The notes under the pieces were generated by a model. It did no database searches. It saw only the letters and a list, made by a program, of their open reading frames with translations, and had not been told where the DNA came from. Positions 37,248-49,376 of a stretch of 64,000 bases of DNA are shown here, in pieces. Numbering within the stretch: the first letter of the stretch is position 1; every line of letters starts with the position of its first letter. A program made the translations under genes and the position numbers. The DNA is from Centroscyllium fabricii (lineage: Eukaryota), in NCBI GenBank assembly GCA_051313645.2, contig JBNRSN020000005.1, positions 160,270,001-160,334,000 of the forward strand, given 5' to 3'.

Positions 37248-37560
37248 AACAAGAACATAAGAATGTAAGAAATAGGAGCAGGAGTAGGCCATAAGACCCC
37301 TCGAGCCTGCTCTGCCATTCAATAGGCCCATAGCTGATCCATAGCTCAACTTCACTTTCGCACCCTATCCCCTTTTCCCTTGATTCCTTAGAATTCAAAA
37401 ATGTATTGATCTCATCCTTGAATATACTCAACGACTGAGCCTCCACAGCCCTCTGGGGTAGAGAATTCCAAAGATTCACAACGTTCTGAGTGAAGACATT
37501 TCTCTTAATCTCAGTCCTAACTGGCCCACCTCTTATCCTGTGACTATGCCCCTTAGATCT
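37248..37560 (-). mobile_element. CR1 3' fragment
   Basis: NLWNSLPQRAVEA; GGCCTACTCCTGCTCCTATT tail. Confidence 0.85.
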
Positions 37561-37569
37561 TTAATCTCA

Positions 37570-37830
37570 GGATGTCACAAAGCACTTTACAAAGATTGGC
37601 CAGATAGCCAGACTGAGTGGCCAGATAGTCTGCTTTTGGTTGCAGGAGGAATGTTGGCCTGAACCACGGGACAATTCCCTACTCTTATTTGAATAGAATC
37701 ATGGGATCTTTTACGTCCACCTGAGCAGACAGACGGGCTTTCGTTTACTGTCGCACCCAAAAGACGGCATATCTGAGAATGCAGCACCTCTGCCACTATA
37801 GCTCTCCCTCGATACTGCACAGAAGAATAC
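37570..37830 (-). mobile_element. Deu-core SINE (SacSINE1/AmnSINE1-like)
   Basis: Reverse complement contains CTCAGGTGGACGTAAAAGATCCCATG, the Deu core recalled from AmnSINE1/SacSINE1. Confidence 0.7.
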
Positions 37831-37900
37831 ATCAGTCACACACTATCAGCAAGGGGAAGCACCAGGGTGGAAAGCACAGTAATGCACACAATCCACATGT

Positions 37901-38689
37901 GGGGGAGATTTTCATGTCCCTGTGAGGCGGGGTTTTGGGCAGCTGGGAGGTGAAAATAGCAAATTTTTGGGTCCCGCCCCAGCCTGCTGGATCCCTGCCG
38001 GTTTTGCATTTTCGGACGGCCTCTTTCCCCGCCGCAAATCTTTTCCGCCGACGGCCGGCGGGGATGGTTGTTAAGATCCTTAAGGGCCCTTCATTAGCAT
38101 CTGTAATGTCATTTTAAGGGCCCTTAGCAATTTTCAGCTGTTTCCCACCCAAACCCCGCCACCCTAAACCCTGCTGGGTGAAACCCAGCGGGAGCACAGC
38201 GCTGTTCATTACTTTCTCCTTCAAGGTGGTAAAGGACATGCTGCAAAATGCTTGGCATGCCTCCAGCACCTTAGAGAAGTAAGTTACTCCGTGGTGGGTG
38301 CACCAGCTGTGGGCAAAAACTGAGAAATCTCAGCTTTGCACATTTTCTGACAGCTGGTGCTGAGCTGTCAAGGATTCGGAGCCCGCCCTACCACCTGTCA
38401 GTCACCAGCACTTGACCTTTCCCATTGGTTCCACTCGACTGTGATGTCACAGTGGAGTGTTTCCATGGGAACTGTCAACAACCAGTGCTGGAACTGTCAA
38501 TCAAACTGCTCGATCCCCGCTGGAGACCCGACTCGACAGAGTCAATTACCACCGGCTGCCGCAGGCGGGGATTTAATAACTCAATTAAATGAAAATTGCG
38601 TGGGGTTCCCAGGTCTTTGGCCAGGCGGGACAGGAACCCGCCCCGACCAATCCCCGCCAGGTTCCCGCACTTCCGGCAAAATCCCGCCC
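37901..38689. mobile_element. Deletion derivative (MITE) of the Harbinger family at 50743-61473, opposite orientation
   Basis: Left end matches the reverse complement of 61200-61473; right end matches the reverse complement of 50743-50860; TSD ambiguous. Confidence 0.82.
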
Positions 38690-39127
38690 GTAGTATGGGT
38701 TGCTCTGAGAATGTACTGTGCTTAGAGAGTGTCCTTGTTGCCATAATAGATACTGTATCAGCATGTTATCCCTCAGTAGCTGCAGGGTGACCACCTCCTG
38801 CGCTCAAGAACATTCTCAGCCTCCCATATGCCCTGCAGTGTCTCCATCAGTATACGTATGGAGTATTTGTCTGTTTAAGAGGAAGTGGAGGTAAAATAGG
38901 CAAATGCATGGTTGTTGAGGTCATGATGAAGATGTAGGAAGGGCTGTTCATGCAGTGGGTGGCGGATGTAATTAAGGGAAGGTTTCATCAATGAGAGCGT
39001 GCTGAATGGGTTAGTCGCTGTCAAAAGTGGTTCAACAACTACAGCTTCATCCTACTCCATCTCCTCTATGCCGTCTGCAATCTGGAGTTCATTGCCTTCC
39101 TCCTCCGAGTGCTCCAATTACTTCATC

Positions 39128-39195
39128 GACTGTAAAGCGCTTTGGGGCATCCTGAGGTTGTGAAAGGCGTTATATAAATGCAAGTCTTTGTTTCT
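39128..39195 (+). repeat. L2/SINE 3' tail remnant
   Basis: TGTAAAGCGCTTTGGGGCATCCTGAGGTTGTGAAAGGCGTTATATAAATGCAAG. Confidence 0.7.
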
Positions 39196-41321
39196 TTCTG
39201 TTAAGTTCCCCCTTAACTACATATGCAGTTGAGAGTGTAATGGCAGGTAGGCACAATCCTCCTACAATGCAATCTGTCTGGTCTGGCATCCATCTGGTTC
39301 CTCCACCTCTTCTTTGTCCAAATAGCACAAATATAAAGAGATTTCCATTGGGACTTCCGCTGTCCCAAGGAATAGCTCGTTAGGAAAGATGTGTGCACAA
39401 AATTGTGTGATATAAGCCACACAGTTTACCAAAAAACATTAGTGAAAGTACCAAAAATCAAATTGAAAGCACAACTGAGACTTACTGGCTGTCCCTTGAA
39501 ATAATTTTGTGTTCAAAAGTGTAACCTAGCAACCCTGAATCCCCGATTCAGATGGAAGGAATTAAGAAGCAGTGCACTTCTGGTTTGAAGAATGGAAAAT
39601 ACCATTGATATTTGAATGAAATCACTTCCAACGTATTATCATATCACAATAAAGCCCCCGCCTGTTTCTGGTGGGAACTTCCTGTGTCATTCATTTTCAA
39701 GGGCAGACAATTGCATCATTCACATTTCCATTCCATAACCTCCCATTTGTTCACTTTTGTAGGGTGTTACGGAGACTGAAATCAATGCCAATGTCTCTCT
39801 CTGAGTCAGAGCAGCAGACAGCGACTTTCTCTCCATGCACACGATCAAAGAGAGATGGCACAGCATTTGTCTCCAGAACAGCTAAACTTTCCTTATTAGT
39901 TCCCATTTCTTACATTGTGGTTAAAAAAGACTGAAAATTACACATTTTCCCCAGCAGTTTTTCTTTCCTTGACTGTCACAAACCACAAATTAAAGTCTAG
40001 TTTTTCATGGTTAGGATAAAACAATGGACGTTATTTCCAATATACTTTCTATTTTCAAGCAACCCTAGCCTAGGATTTCCAATTGAGCATTTTGAACCCG
40101 TCCCAGCCATAGTGCCATGACCTGGCTCAAATTTCCAGCGTTGGCCTAATTTAAATAATTTGGTTGCGCTCCCGGATATGAAGATTCCCTCTTGTGCTTG
40201 CTGATTGGTCAGTGGGCAATCACATGCTGCTGCAGGATTTAAAGGGCTGCAGCAGTTAAACAGGCAGGCATGGATTACTTTTAACACTGCAAAACAGAAA
40301 GCTTGTTTACCTAAAACCTGTCTAGGAGTGGAGTGGGCTACAGAGTGGTCCAGTTGTCCGATTGAACAATAAAACTTCTTCTCAAAGATGTAAAGTATTC
40401 TCAATGATAGCTAGGTTGTGGGGTTTAAAGATGATATTTAACGCAAAATTCTGAACAGCCTGGTTCAGCTTGATAAAATGTCTATGGAGGTTATTGGAAT
40501 CAGCATCAAGGGAGTGGAATCTCTGATGGCAGACACAAAACATGGCTTCAGCCTTGCTGATATTAGGCTAGAGTAATTGTAGTTTTTTTTTTGTTGTATT
40601 TTTTTATTCATTGATGGGATGTGGGCGTCGCTGGCTGGCTAGGCCGGCATTTAGTGCCCATCCCTAATTGCCCTTGAGAAGATGGTGGTGAGCCACCTTC
40701 TTGAACCGCTGCAGTCCATATGGTGCAGGTATACCCACAATGTTGTTGGGAAGGGACTTCCAGGATTTTGGCCCAGTGACAGTGAAGGAGCGGTGATACA
40801 GGTCCAAGTCAGGATGGTGTGTGGCTTGGAGGGGAACTTGTAGGTGGTGCTGTTCCCATGCATCTGCTGCCCTTGTCCTTCTAAGTGGTAGAGGTCGCAG
40901 GTTTGGAAGGTGCTGTTGAAGGAGCTTTGGCGAGTTGCTGCAGTGCATCTTGTAGATGGTACACACTGCAGCCACAGTGTGCCGGTGGTGGAGGGAGTGA
41001 ATGGTGAAGGTGGTGGATGGAGTGCCAATCAAGCGGCCTGCTTTATCCTGAATGGTGTCGAGCTTCTTGAGTGTTGTTGGAGCTACACTCATCCAGGCAA
41101 GTGGAGAGTATTCCATCACACTCCTGACTTGTGCCTTGTAGATGGTGGAAAGGCTTTGGGGAGTCAGGAGGTGAGACACTCGCCGCAGAATTCCCAGCCT
41201 CTGGCCTGCTCTTGTAGCCACAGTATTTATATGGCTGGCCCAGTTCAGTTTCTGATCAATGGTAACCCCCCAGGATGTTGATAGTGGGGGATTCAGCGAT
41301 GATAATGCCATTGAATGTCAA

Positions 41322-41553
41322 ATGCAAGAAGTCACACAACACCAGGTTATAGTCCAACAGTTTTATTTTAAATCACAAGCTTTCAGAGCGCTGCTCCTTC
41401 GTCAGGTGAAGTGAAGAGATGCACATAGGCACAGCATATATAGTCAGAAAACAATGCTAGATGATTATCTGAAATAAAACTGTTGGACTATAACCTGGTG
41501 TTGTGTGACTTCTTGCATTTGTCCACCCCAGTCCAACCCCGGCACCTCCACAT
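41322..41553. mobile_element. Penelope-like element remnant with inverted pseudo-LTRs
   Basis: 13-bp TSD CATTGAATGTCAA (41309-41321 and 41554-41566); 49-bp perfect inverted repeat (41320-41368 and 41472-41520); hammerhead core. Confidence 0.8.
41373..41409 (-). ncRNA. Minimal type I hammerhead ribozyme
   Basis: TCAC-CTGACGA-A-GGAGC/AGC/GCTCT-GAAA-GC-TT-GTGA: CUGANGA and GAAA cores, stem I TCAC/GTGA, stem II, palindromic AGCT stem III. Confidence 0.75.
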
Positions 41554-42164
41554 CATTGAATGTCAAGGGGAGATGGTTAGAGTCTCGCTTGTTGGAGATG
41601 GTCATTGCTTGGCACTTGTGTGGTGCGAATGTTACTTGCCACTTGTCAGCCCAAGTCTGAATGTTGTCTAGGTCTTGCTGCATATGGACACAGACTGCGT
41701 CAGTATCTGACGAGTCTCGAATGGTGCTGAACAGTGTGCAGTTACATTTAATGATTAATCCTAAATTTAATGTCAGGAAGTAAGTTCTTGTCAAATAAGT
41801 AAAATCAAAGTAAATATCAATATAGTGCATTATAACCACAAAGTGAAATAAATGACTAAAAGACAAAAACTTGGACTAACAGAACCAATTATGGCAGGAA
41901 AATAACAATCTGGACCATTTTCCTATGCATTAGGATGGCTCCATATTACAAAGCACTTTGATTATATTTTACTTGAGGCTACCAGTGACCCTAATGTACT
42001 GAGATATAAGGTAACATTACTGTTGTGAATGCAAAATGTGGCAGAACTGTCTACAGTTACATCAACTACTGCTGTAATTCCCAGATGACCTTTGTCTTTT
42101 TGTCATGATGGTACTCAAAATCCTTTCTGCAACATCTCTCTAGTAACAGAGACTGCTCCCCCAC

Positions 42165-42200
<36 letters not shown>

Positions 42201-42757
42201 ACTACAGATCTTAATCCTGACCTAAACAACTTCAAAGTTGTCTGAGATGAATCTTGATGATACGGTCTCTTCCAGAGACTGAGCTTTCAGGGTGGTACCA
42301 AACCAACATTACAATTTGTTACCATTACTCACACAGGATTCATTTTCGTAGTCAAAACTGTTTTATTTGAACATTCCTTTTATGGATATACAGCAGGTAA
42401 GTTTCAAAGCAGAGGTCATGGATCCCAATCAACAGCAAGCTGTAGACGATAACCTCGTATAACTGAAGTGCATGGTAATGTAATGGTTATGTTATTGGAA
42501 AAGTAATCTAGAGTACAAATCCCACCAGTTTGAGAATTTGAATTCCATTTTAAAAAGCTGGTTTCAGGAAAGGTGACCATGAAGCTGTCTAATTGTTGTA
42601 AAAACTTAACTGGTTCACTAATCCCCTTTAGGGAAACAAACCTGCCCTCTTTACCCTGTCTGGCCAAAATATGTCTCCTGTCCCATGCCATTGTGGTTAA
42701 CTCTTAGCTGCCCTCTGAAGTGTGGCCTAGCAAGCCACTTGGTTGTATCAAACTGCT

Positions 42758-45700
42758 TGTGGCAACCATGTTATACTGTATTCTTACCACTGTATTATTG
42801 TACCAATAATGGGCTGTGCATATGTAAGGCACAGCCCTGTAACTTGTGTAATACTGTCGGGAGCCAGGTCAGCCACACCTCTAACTCCTCCCCCAGGTGA
42901 GGCCCTTTATAGGTGGAGACTGACCGAGGCTCCTCATTCCTGTGCAGATGTTTGTTCGGAGGGTAGCTCCAAGCTTAGCGATTAAAAGCCTTTAGTTACG
43001 GTAACTACTCGTCGACTCCTTTAATCTGAGGTATTGACGATATGTCAATTTTAATCGCTAAAAGTTTTAAAATGGAGAGCGGTGCAGTTAAACCAGAGAA
43101 GCTGGACATCAGTCCCCAGGACCCTGCCGCCGCCACCACGTTCGAACACTGGTTCGGCCTCCTGGAGGCCTACATGGACGCCGCCAAGGCTACAACAGAG
43201 GGGAACAAATTACAGGTCCTCCGGTCGAGGATCTCCAGCAGGGTATTCTCCCTCATCAGAAACGCCTCAACCTACCCAGCGGCTGTGCAGAAGCTAAGAA
43301 AATGCTACGAGCGCCCGGTCCATTCGGTCTACGCCCGACATGTGCTTGCAACCAGATCGCAGCTACCGGGTGAGACTAATGAGCAGTTCGAGCAAGCGCT
43401 CCAGGCCCTGGTACGGGTCTGTGGCTGCCAAGCAATAACGGCTGAAGAGGAGGCGAATCTCCTCGTTCGCGATGCTTATGTGACTGGACTAAGGTGTGTG
43501 GAAGCCCGCCAGCGGCTGCTGGAGAAAGACACTTTGTCCCTCGAGGATGCGATTACAATATCGAATTCAGTAGAGGGGGCCCGAAACAAATTGCAGGCAT
43601 ACAGCGGCACTAACCCGCATGCCTACGACATATGGGCCGCGCCACAACGGGCCTAGTCCTGGGCAGCACCACAACGGGTCGAGACCCCCACGATGGCTGC
43701 GACAGCCACCAAAGATAAGCGCTGTTAATTCTGCAACCAGGGACTGCACCCAAGAGCGAGATGCCCAGCCAGGACAGCGACCTGCGAGAGGTGCGCTAAG
43801 AAAGGACATTACGCTAAGGCCTGCAGATCAACTCCAGCAGCGCCTAGCTCAAGGTACAACAGTGCAGCCTGTGAGAGCACCGACAGACACCAGGTAAGCT
43901 GCAATAGCAGCGCGACCCAGCGACGGTCCGGGGGTAGAAGACAAGCACCCCCATCTCCCACCCCGATGCGGCAGAGGCCGGCCAAGCGTGACCCCCCAAC
44001 GCGGCCAGCTGCGTGCGAATCACGGGCATCGCCAACCTGACCACCGCGGCTCGCTGCGTGCGAATCACGGGCACTGCCAACCCAGCCACCGCGGTCCGCT
44101 GCATGCGAATCACGGGCGCCGCCAGCGCGCTCACAGCGGCCCACCATGTGCGACCCCTTGGCGCCACCATTTTGTATCCAGGGCCCCACCATGTGCGAGC
44201 CAGGGGCGCCGCCATTTTGTCTCCAGGGCCCCACCATGTGCAAACCAAGGGCGCCGCCATTTTGTCTCCAGGGCCCCACCATGTGCAAACCAGGGGCGCC
44301 GCCATTTTGTGTACAGCCCCGACCAGCAGGGGGCCCACACACACGGAAGCACACGGCTGCTTCAGCCAGACCCAGAGTGAACCAGGACAGGCCACATACC
44401 CTGTCTAATTCAATTTTGCCTATTAAAATAAATGGCTATACTGTTAACTGTCTGTTTGACACTGGAAGCACGGAGAGCTTTCTACATCCCGATACAGTGC
44501 AGCGCTGCGGACTGCAGGTCCTGCCCACAAACTACCAAGTCTCCCTAGCTTCACAGTCCCACACCGCGGACGTCACCGGCTACTGCTCCGCCACGCTCAC
44601 AGTCAAGGGGTGTGTGTACCATAATTTTAAATTGTATACCCTCCAGCAGTTGTGTGCCCCAGCCTTACTAGGTTTGGATTTCCAGTGCCACCTCAAGAGC
44701 GTGACAATGGAGTTCGGCGGGACCTTGCCCCACCTCACCGTCAGTAGCCGGGACAATCCCTTCCCAAAGCGGAGCCCGGCCTGCGGCCTCTCCACCCTGA
44801 AACTCGACCCCCCCTCGCTGTTCGCCAACCTCGACCCCAAGTGCAAACCTATTGCCACAAAGAGTCGGCGGTACAGTGCGGGGGATCACACGTTTATCAG
44901 GTCGGAGGTCGGGTGGATGCTGAAGGAGGGGATAATTGAAGCCAGCACCAGCCCCTGGCGTGCCCAAGTTGTAGTGGTGAAGTCTGGCGAGAAGCAACGG
45001 TTGGTGATCGATTACAGCCAGACTATCAACCGCTACACTGGGCTCGACGCCTACCCCCTTCCCCGCATCTCGGAAATGGTCAATCAGATCGCCCAGTACA
45101 AGGTGTTCTCCACGATCGACCTTAAATCGGCGTATCATCAGCTCCCAATTCGGAAAGCCGACCGCCCCTACACCGCCTTCGAGGCGAACGGTCGGCTCTA
45201 CCACTTCCTCCGGGTGCCCTTTGGCGTGACCAACGGAGTGTCAGTGTTCCAGCGGGAGATGGACCGTATGGTTGACCAAAATGAGTTGCAAGCCACCTTC
45301 CCCTACCTTGACAACGTGACCACCTGCGGCCACGACCAGCAGGACCACGATGCCAATCTGGCCAGATTTCTCGACACGGCGGATAAGCTGGACCTCACGT
45401 ATAACAAAGACAAATGTGTCTTTAATACAGACCGGCTCGCCATCCTCGGATATGTGGTGGAGAACGGGGTCCTCGGCCCCGACCCACAGCATATGCGCCC
45501 CCTTCAAGAACTGCCCCTACCTCACAACCCCAAAGCCTTGAGGAGATGCCTAGGATTTTTCTCCTATTATGCACAATGGGTCCCACAGTTCGCAGGCAAG
45601 GCTAGACCACTCCTCAAGGCTGCCGTTTTCCCCCTTTCGGTAGAAGCCCAAACGGCATTCACCCGGATAAAGGAAGACATCATCAAGGCGACCATGCTCG

Positions 45701-47619
45701 CTGTTGATGAATCCATCCCTTTCCAGGTGGAGAGTGACGCTTCGGACTTTGCCCTTGCTGCCACCCTGAATCAGGCAGGCAGGCCCGTAGCGTTTTTCTC
45801 CCGCACCCTACAGGGACCCGAAACTCGCCACTCAGCAGTGGAAAAGGAGGCCCAGGCCATCGTGGAGGCCGTGCGCTACTGGCGTCATTACCTGGCTGGT
45901 AAGCGTTTTACCCTGCTCACCGACCAACGGTCGGTGGCGTTTATGTTTAATGATAAACAACGGGGTAAAATCAAGAATGATAAGATCCTGCGGTGGCGGA
46001 TCGAACTCTCGACTTACGAGTACGACATTCTTTACCAACCAAGCAAACTCAATGAACCCCCGGACGCACTGTCCAGGGGAACGTGCACCAGTGCCCAGCT
46101 AGACCGGCTGAAGGACCTCCACGACCGCCTTTGCCACCCGGGTGTCACCAGACTCGCCCACTTTGTCAGATCCCGTAGCCTCCCCTACTCCATCACGGAG
46201 ATCAAGGCTATGACCCGAGAGTGCCCTGTCTGTGCCGAGTGCAAACCCCACTTTTTCCGGCCAGACACGGCGCACCTCATCAAGGCCACCCGCCCCTTTG
46301 AACGTCTCAGCGTGGACTTCAAAGGCCCCCTCCCCTCCACCGACCACAACTCATACTTCCTCGCGGTAGTAGATGAGTTCTTCCGCTTCCCCTTCGTCTT
46401 CCCCTGCGCAGATATGATGAGCGCAACGGTGATAAAACACTTCACCACGCTGTTCGCCATTTTCGGTCTCCCCAGCTACATCCATAGCGACCGGGGGTCA
46501 TCGTTCATGAGCGATGAACTGCGTCAGTTTCTGCTCCAGAAAGGGGTTGCCACGAGCAGAACGACCAGTTATAACCCCCGGGGGAACGGCCAGGTAGAAA
46601 GGGAGAATGGGATCATTTGGAAGGCGGTCACCCTGGCTCTGAAGTCCAGAGACCTTCCAGTGTCCCATTGGCAGGCAGTCCTCCCAGACGCGCTGCCCTC
46701 TATACACTCTCTCTTATGTACAGCTACTAACACCACCCGCACGATCTGATTTTCTCCTTCCCCAGGAAATCGACTTCGGGGACAGCTCTCCCTCCATGGC
46801 TGACGACGCCGGGGCCGGTCTTCCTTAGGAGACATGTCAGGAGCCACAAGACTGACCCCCTGGTGGACAAGGTGCAGCTCCTACACGCAAACCCACATTA
46901 CGCATTCGTGCAGTTCCCGGACGGGCGCGAGGACACCGTGTCCATCAGGGACCTGGCGCCTGCAGGAAGCACCACTGCAGAGCCCCTGGTCGGCCAGCAG
47001 GCCGCTCAGCCACTGTATCCAGAGCAACCACCAGGCATACGATGGCCTCCGAGTTTTCAAGACCCTCAGCAGTGGCCAGTGCAGGACCCCCACCCGGACG
47101 GCTTGGACCAGCTGGATCCATCGCCACCAGAAGCCACGGCACCTGAGCAACGGTCACCACCGGCGGACGCGAGTGGCACGGACCAGGAGGCACCACCACC
47201 ACCACCACCACCACCACCACCGGAACGCCGGCGTTCCTCCAGGCAGACACGACCGCCGGACAGACTGATTGTTAATTGTTCGGTCCATTCACCCCCCCAC
47301 TGGACTTAAAATTTTCAAGAAGGGGTGAATGTGGTAACCATGTTATACTGTATTCTTACCACTGTATTATTGTACCAATAATGGGCTGTGCATATGTAAG
47401 GCACAGCCCTGTAACTTGTGTAATACTGTCGGGAGCCAGGTCAGCCACACCTCTAACTCCTCCCCCAGGTGAGGCCCTTTATAGGTGGAGACTGACCGAG
47501 ACTCCACATTCCTGTGCAGATGTTCGTTCGGAGGGTAGCTCCAAGCTTAGCGATTAAAAGCCTTTAGTTACGGTAACTACTCGTCGACTCCTTTAATCTG
47601 AGGTATTGACGATACGTCA
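42758..47619 (+). mobile_element. Gypsy element F, full length; LTRs 42758-43047 and 47330-47619
   Basis: 290-bp LTRs (5 differences); TSD CTGCT; PPT AAGAAGGGGTGAA. Confidence 0.97.
43072..47309 (+). pseudogene. Element F gag-pol: stops in gag, 867-aa open PR-RT-RH-IN (44146-46749), frameshift near the end
   Basis: Repeat peptide is in frame with LFDTGS, implying an originally single gag-pol ORF. Confidence 0.94.
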
Positions 47620-47791
47620 CTGCTACAAAGAATAACTTGCAGCGGTTCAATGAAGGCCCCTTTCTCAGCGCAAGAAGGGATGGACAATAAATACTGACCA
47701 TGTTGGCCATGTCCACATCCCAAGAATGATTTTTTTTTAAAGTAACTGTAGTGGCCCTACCATTGACCAGTTGAGATTGGCGAAGTCTTGC

Positions 47792-48098
47792 TGGCATAGT
47801 GATTAGCACTGTTGCCTCACAGCGCTGGGGGTCCGGGTTCAAATCCGGCCTCAGGTGACTATCTGTGTGGAGTTTGCACATTCTCCCCGTGTCTGCATGG
47901 GTTTCCTCTGGGTGCTCTGGTTTCCTCCCACAGTCCAAAGATGTGCGGGTTAGGTTGATTGACCAGGATAAATTGACCCTTAGTGTTAGGGGGGTTAAAT
48001 ATGTGGGGTTACGGGGATAGGGTGGGATATGTGTCGGTGCAGGCTCGATGGGTCGAAATGGCTTCTATCTGCACTGTAGGGATTCTATGATTCTATGA
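47792..48098 (+). mobile_element. HE1-like V-SINE
   Basis: tRNA-like A/B boxes, V-domain GTGTGGAGTTTGCACATTCTCCCCGTG, (ATTCTATG)n tail. Confidence 0.88.
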
Positions 48099-48409
48099 TA
48101 AGTCAGTACAGGCTGGGTGTTATATCTGGAACCCGTTTCATCGCCATGGCTCAATCTGTTCAGTTCCACCCTTGCCAGAACACTTATCAACTAAACCATT
48201 GGGGAAGATGGAAATGTAAGTTTTGACAATAGTGAATTTTACACCTTCTTACCTGATAGTAATTTTTCACCTTTAGCACTCCCAGTGAAAATGTACCCAT
48301 AATGTGTTGACTTCTCCAACCTGGTCATTGTAAAAATGTGAACGTTAGGTGAATTGGAGATACTTTAAAAAAAAATTGCCCATGAGTATGTGTGTGAGAT
48401 ACAGTTCTT

Positions 48410-48555
48410 AGAGTTGGGGGTGTCGGGGGGTATGGGGAGAGGGTAGGAGGGGGGTGCTGGGTTTGGATGATCAGCCATGATCTCATCAAAAATGGCGGAG
48501 CAGGCTCGAAGGGCTGAATGGCCTACTCCTGCTCCTATCTTCTGTGTTTCTGTGA
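48410..48555 (+). repeat. CR1 3' UTR/tail remnant
   Basis: GATCAGCCATGATC...GAATGGCCTACTCCTGCTCCTAT. Confidence 0.75.
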
Positions 48556-49376
48556 ACATTTTTATTAAAAAGTATATGTGAGTAAAAGGTGGTTTAATAT
48601 TAGTGGAGCATGCCAACAAAGCTGCGGTGTGGAAATTCCACTGTTTTCAGCCAATCACGCTGTTTCTCTGGGTGTTCTACTGACCTCGTGTTAAAGGTAA
48701 GTCAGGAGATCTGGATAACCCTCACAGAATTCATAGGCTTATTTGTCCGTTTCTAACACTGCCGATTATAGCTCACTTTCCAAATGGCGTCAATGCAAAT
48801 TAACAAAAATGTTGTGAAAACAAATGATTTGTGCTTGTTAAAGTCAATAATGAGGAACCCTTGTAGCATTCCCCAGCTTGCATAGTCCAATCAAAGAGTG
48901 AGTGTTTGCACCAAGTCACAAATATCAGTGAGGGTACAGAATGAGAATATTTAGAAGTACCCCAATTTCAGTGAAGCCTGCATTGTGCTAGGGATGGGGA
49001 CTTTGGATGGTTAGGGAATAAACCCCCTAAATTAAGTGCAGCTCCTGCAGGTGGATAAAAGGAGGGTAAGAAGAGCCAAGCTGAGGGAACGAGTAGTGGT
49101 CCTTTCAATTATTGTCCATATTCAATGCAGAGCATTGTTCATTTTGCATACACATGAGATCCCACCATGAGAGAACACACACATGCAGGCAAATATTTTG
49201 CACAGCATTATTTGGGATGTTAGGTTTGGTGAGCATTCACTACACATGGCAGAGAGGAAACATGTCACAAGTCAAAGTGCACAATTAAAGGACAGAAAGG
49301 GAGGCGAGCAAATAAAAATCTGTGTTTCTTTCTAATGTTATACTTCAGTATCACAGTGTAACTCAATCAAAGTTAT

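Larger units (their letters stand above)
40598..41737 (-). mobile_element. CR1-group LINE 3' fragment, split by a Penelope-like insert
   Basis: MQQDLDNIQTWADKWQVTFAPHKC...GVTIDQKLNW...YKAQVRSVMEYS. Confidence 0.85.
42470..47735 (+). mobile_element. SINE-like repeat split by Gypsy F (42470-42757 and 47620-47735)
   Basis: 3' part GCAGCGGTTCAA...CCACATCCCA..AATGA resembles the tail of the LINE at 40598. Confidence 0.6.

Noticed and set aside
42200-42402. Strong donor CAG|GTAAGT with an upstream open frame; also an acceptor-like site near 39762
   Set aside because: Isolated splice-like sites with unrecognisable peptides; no gene model can be built
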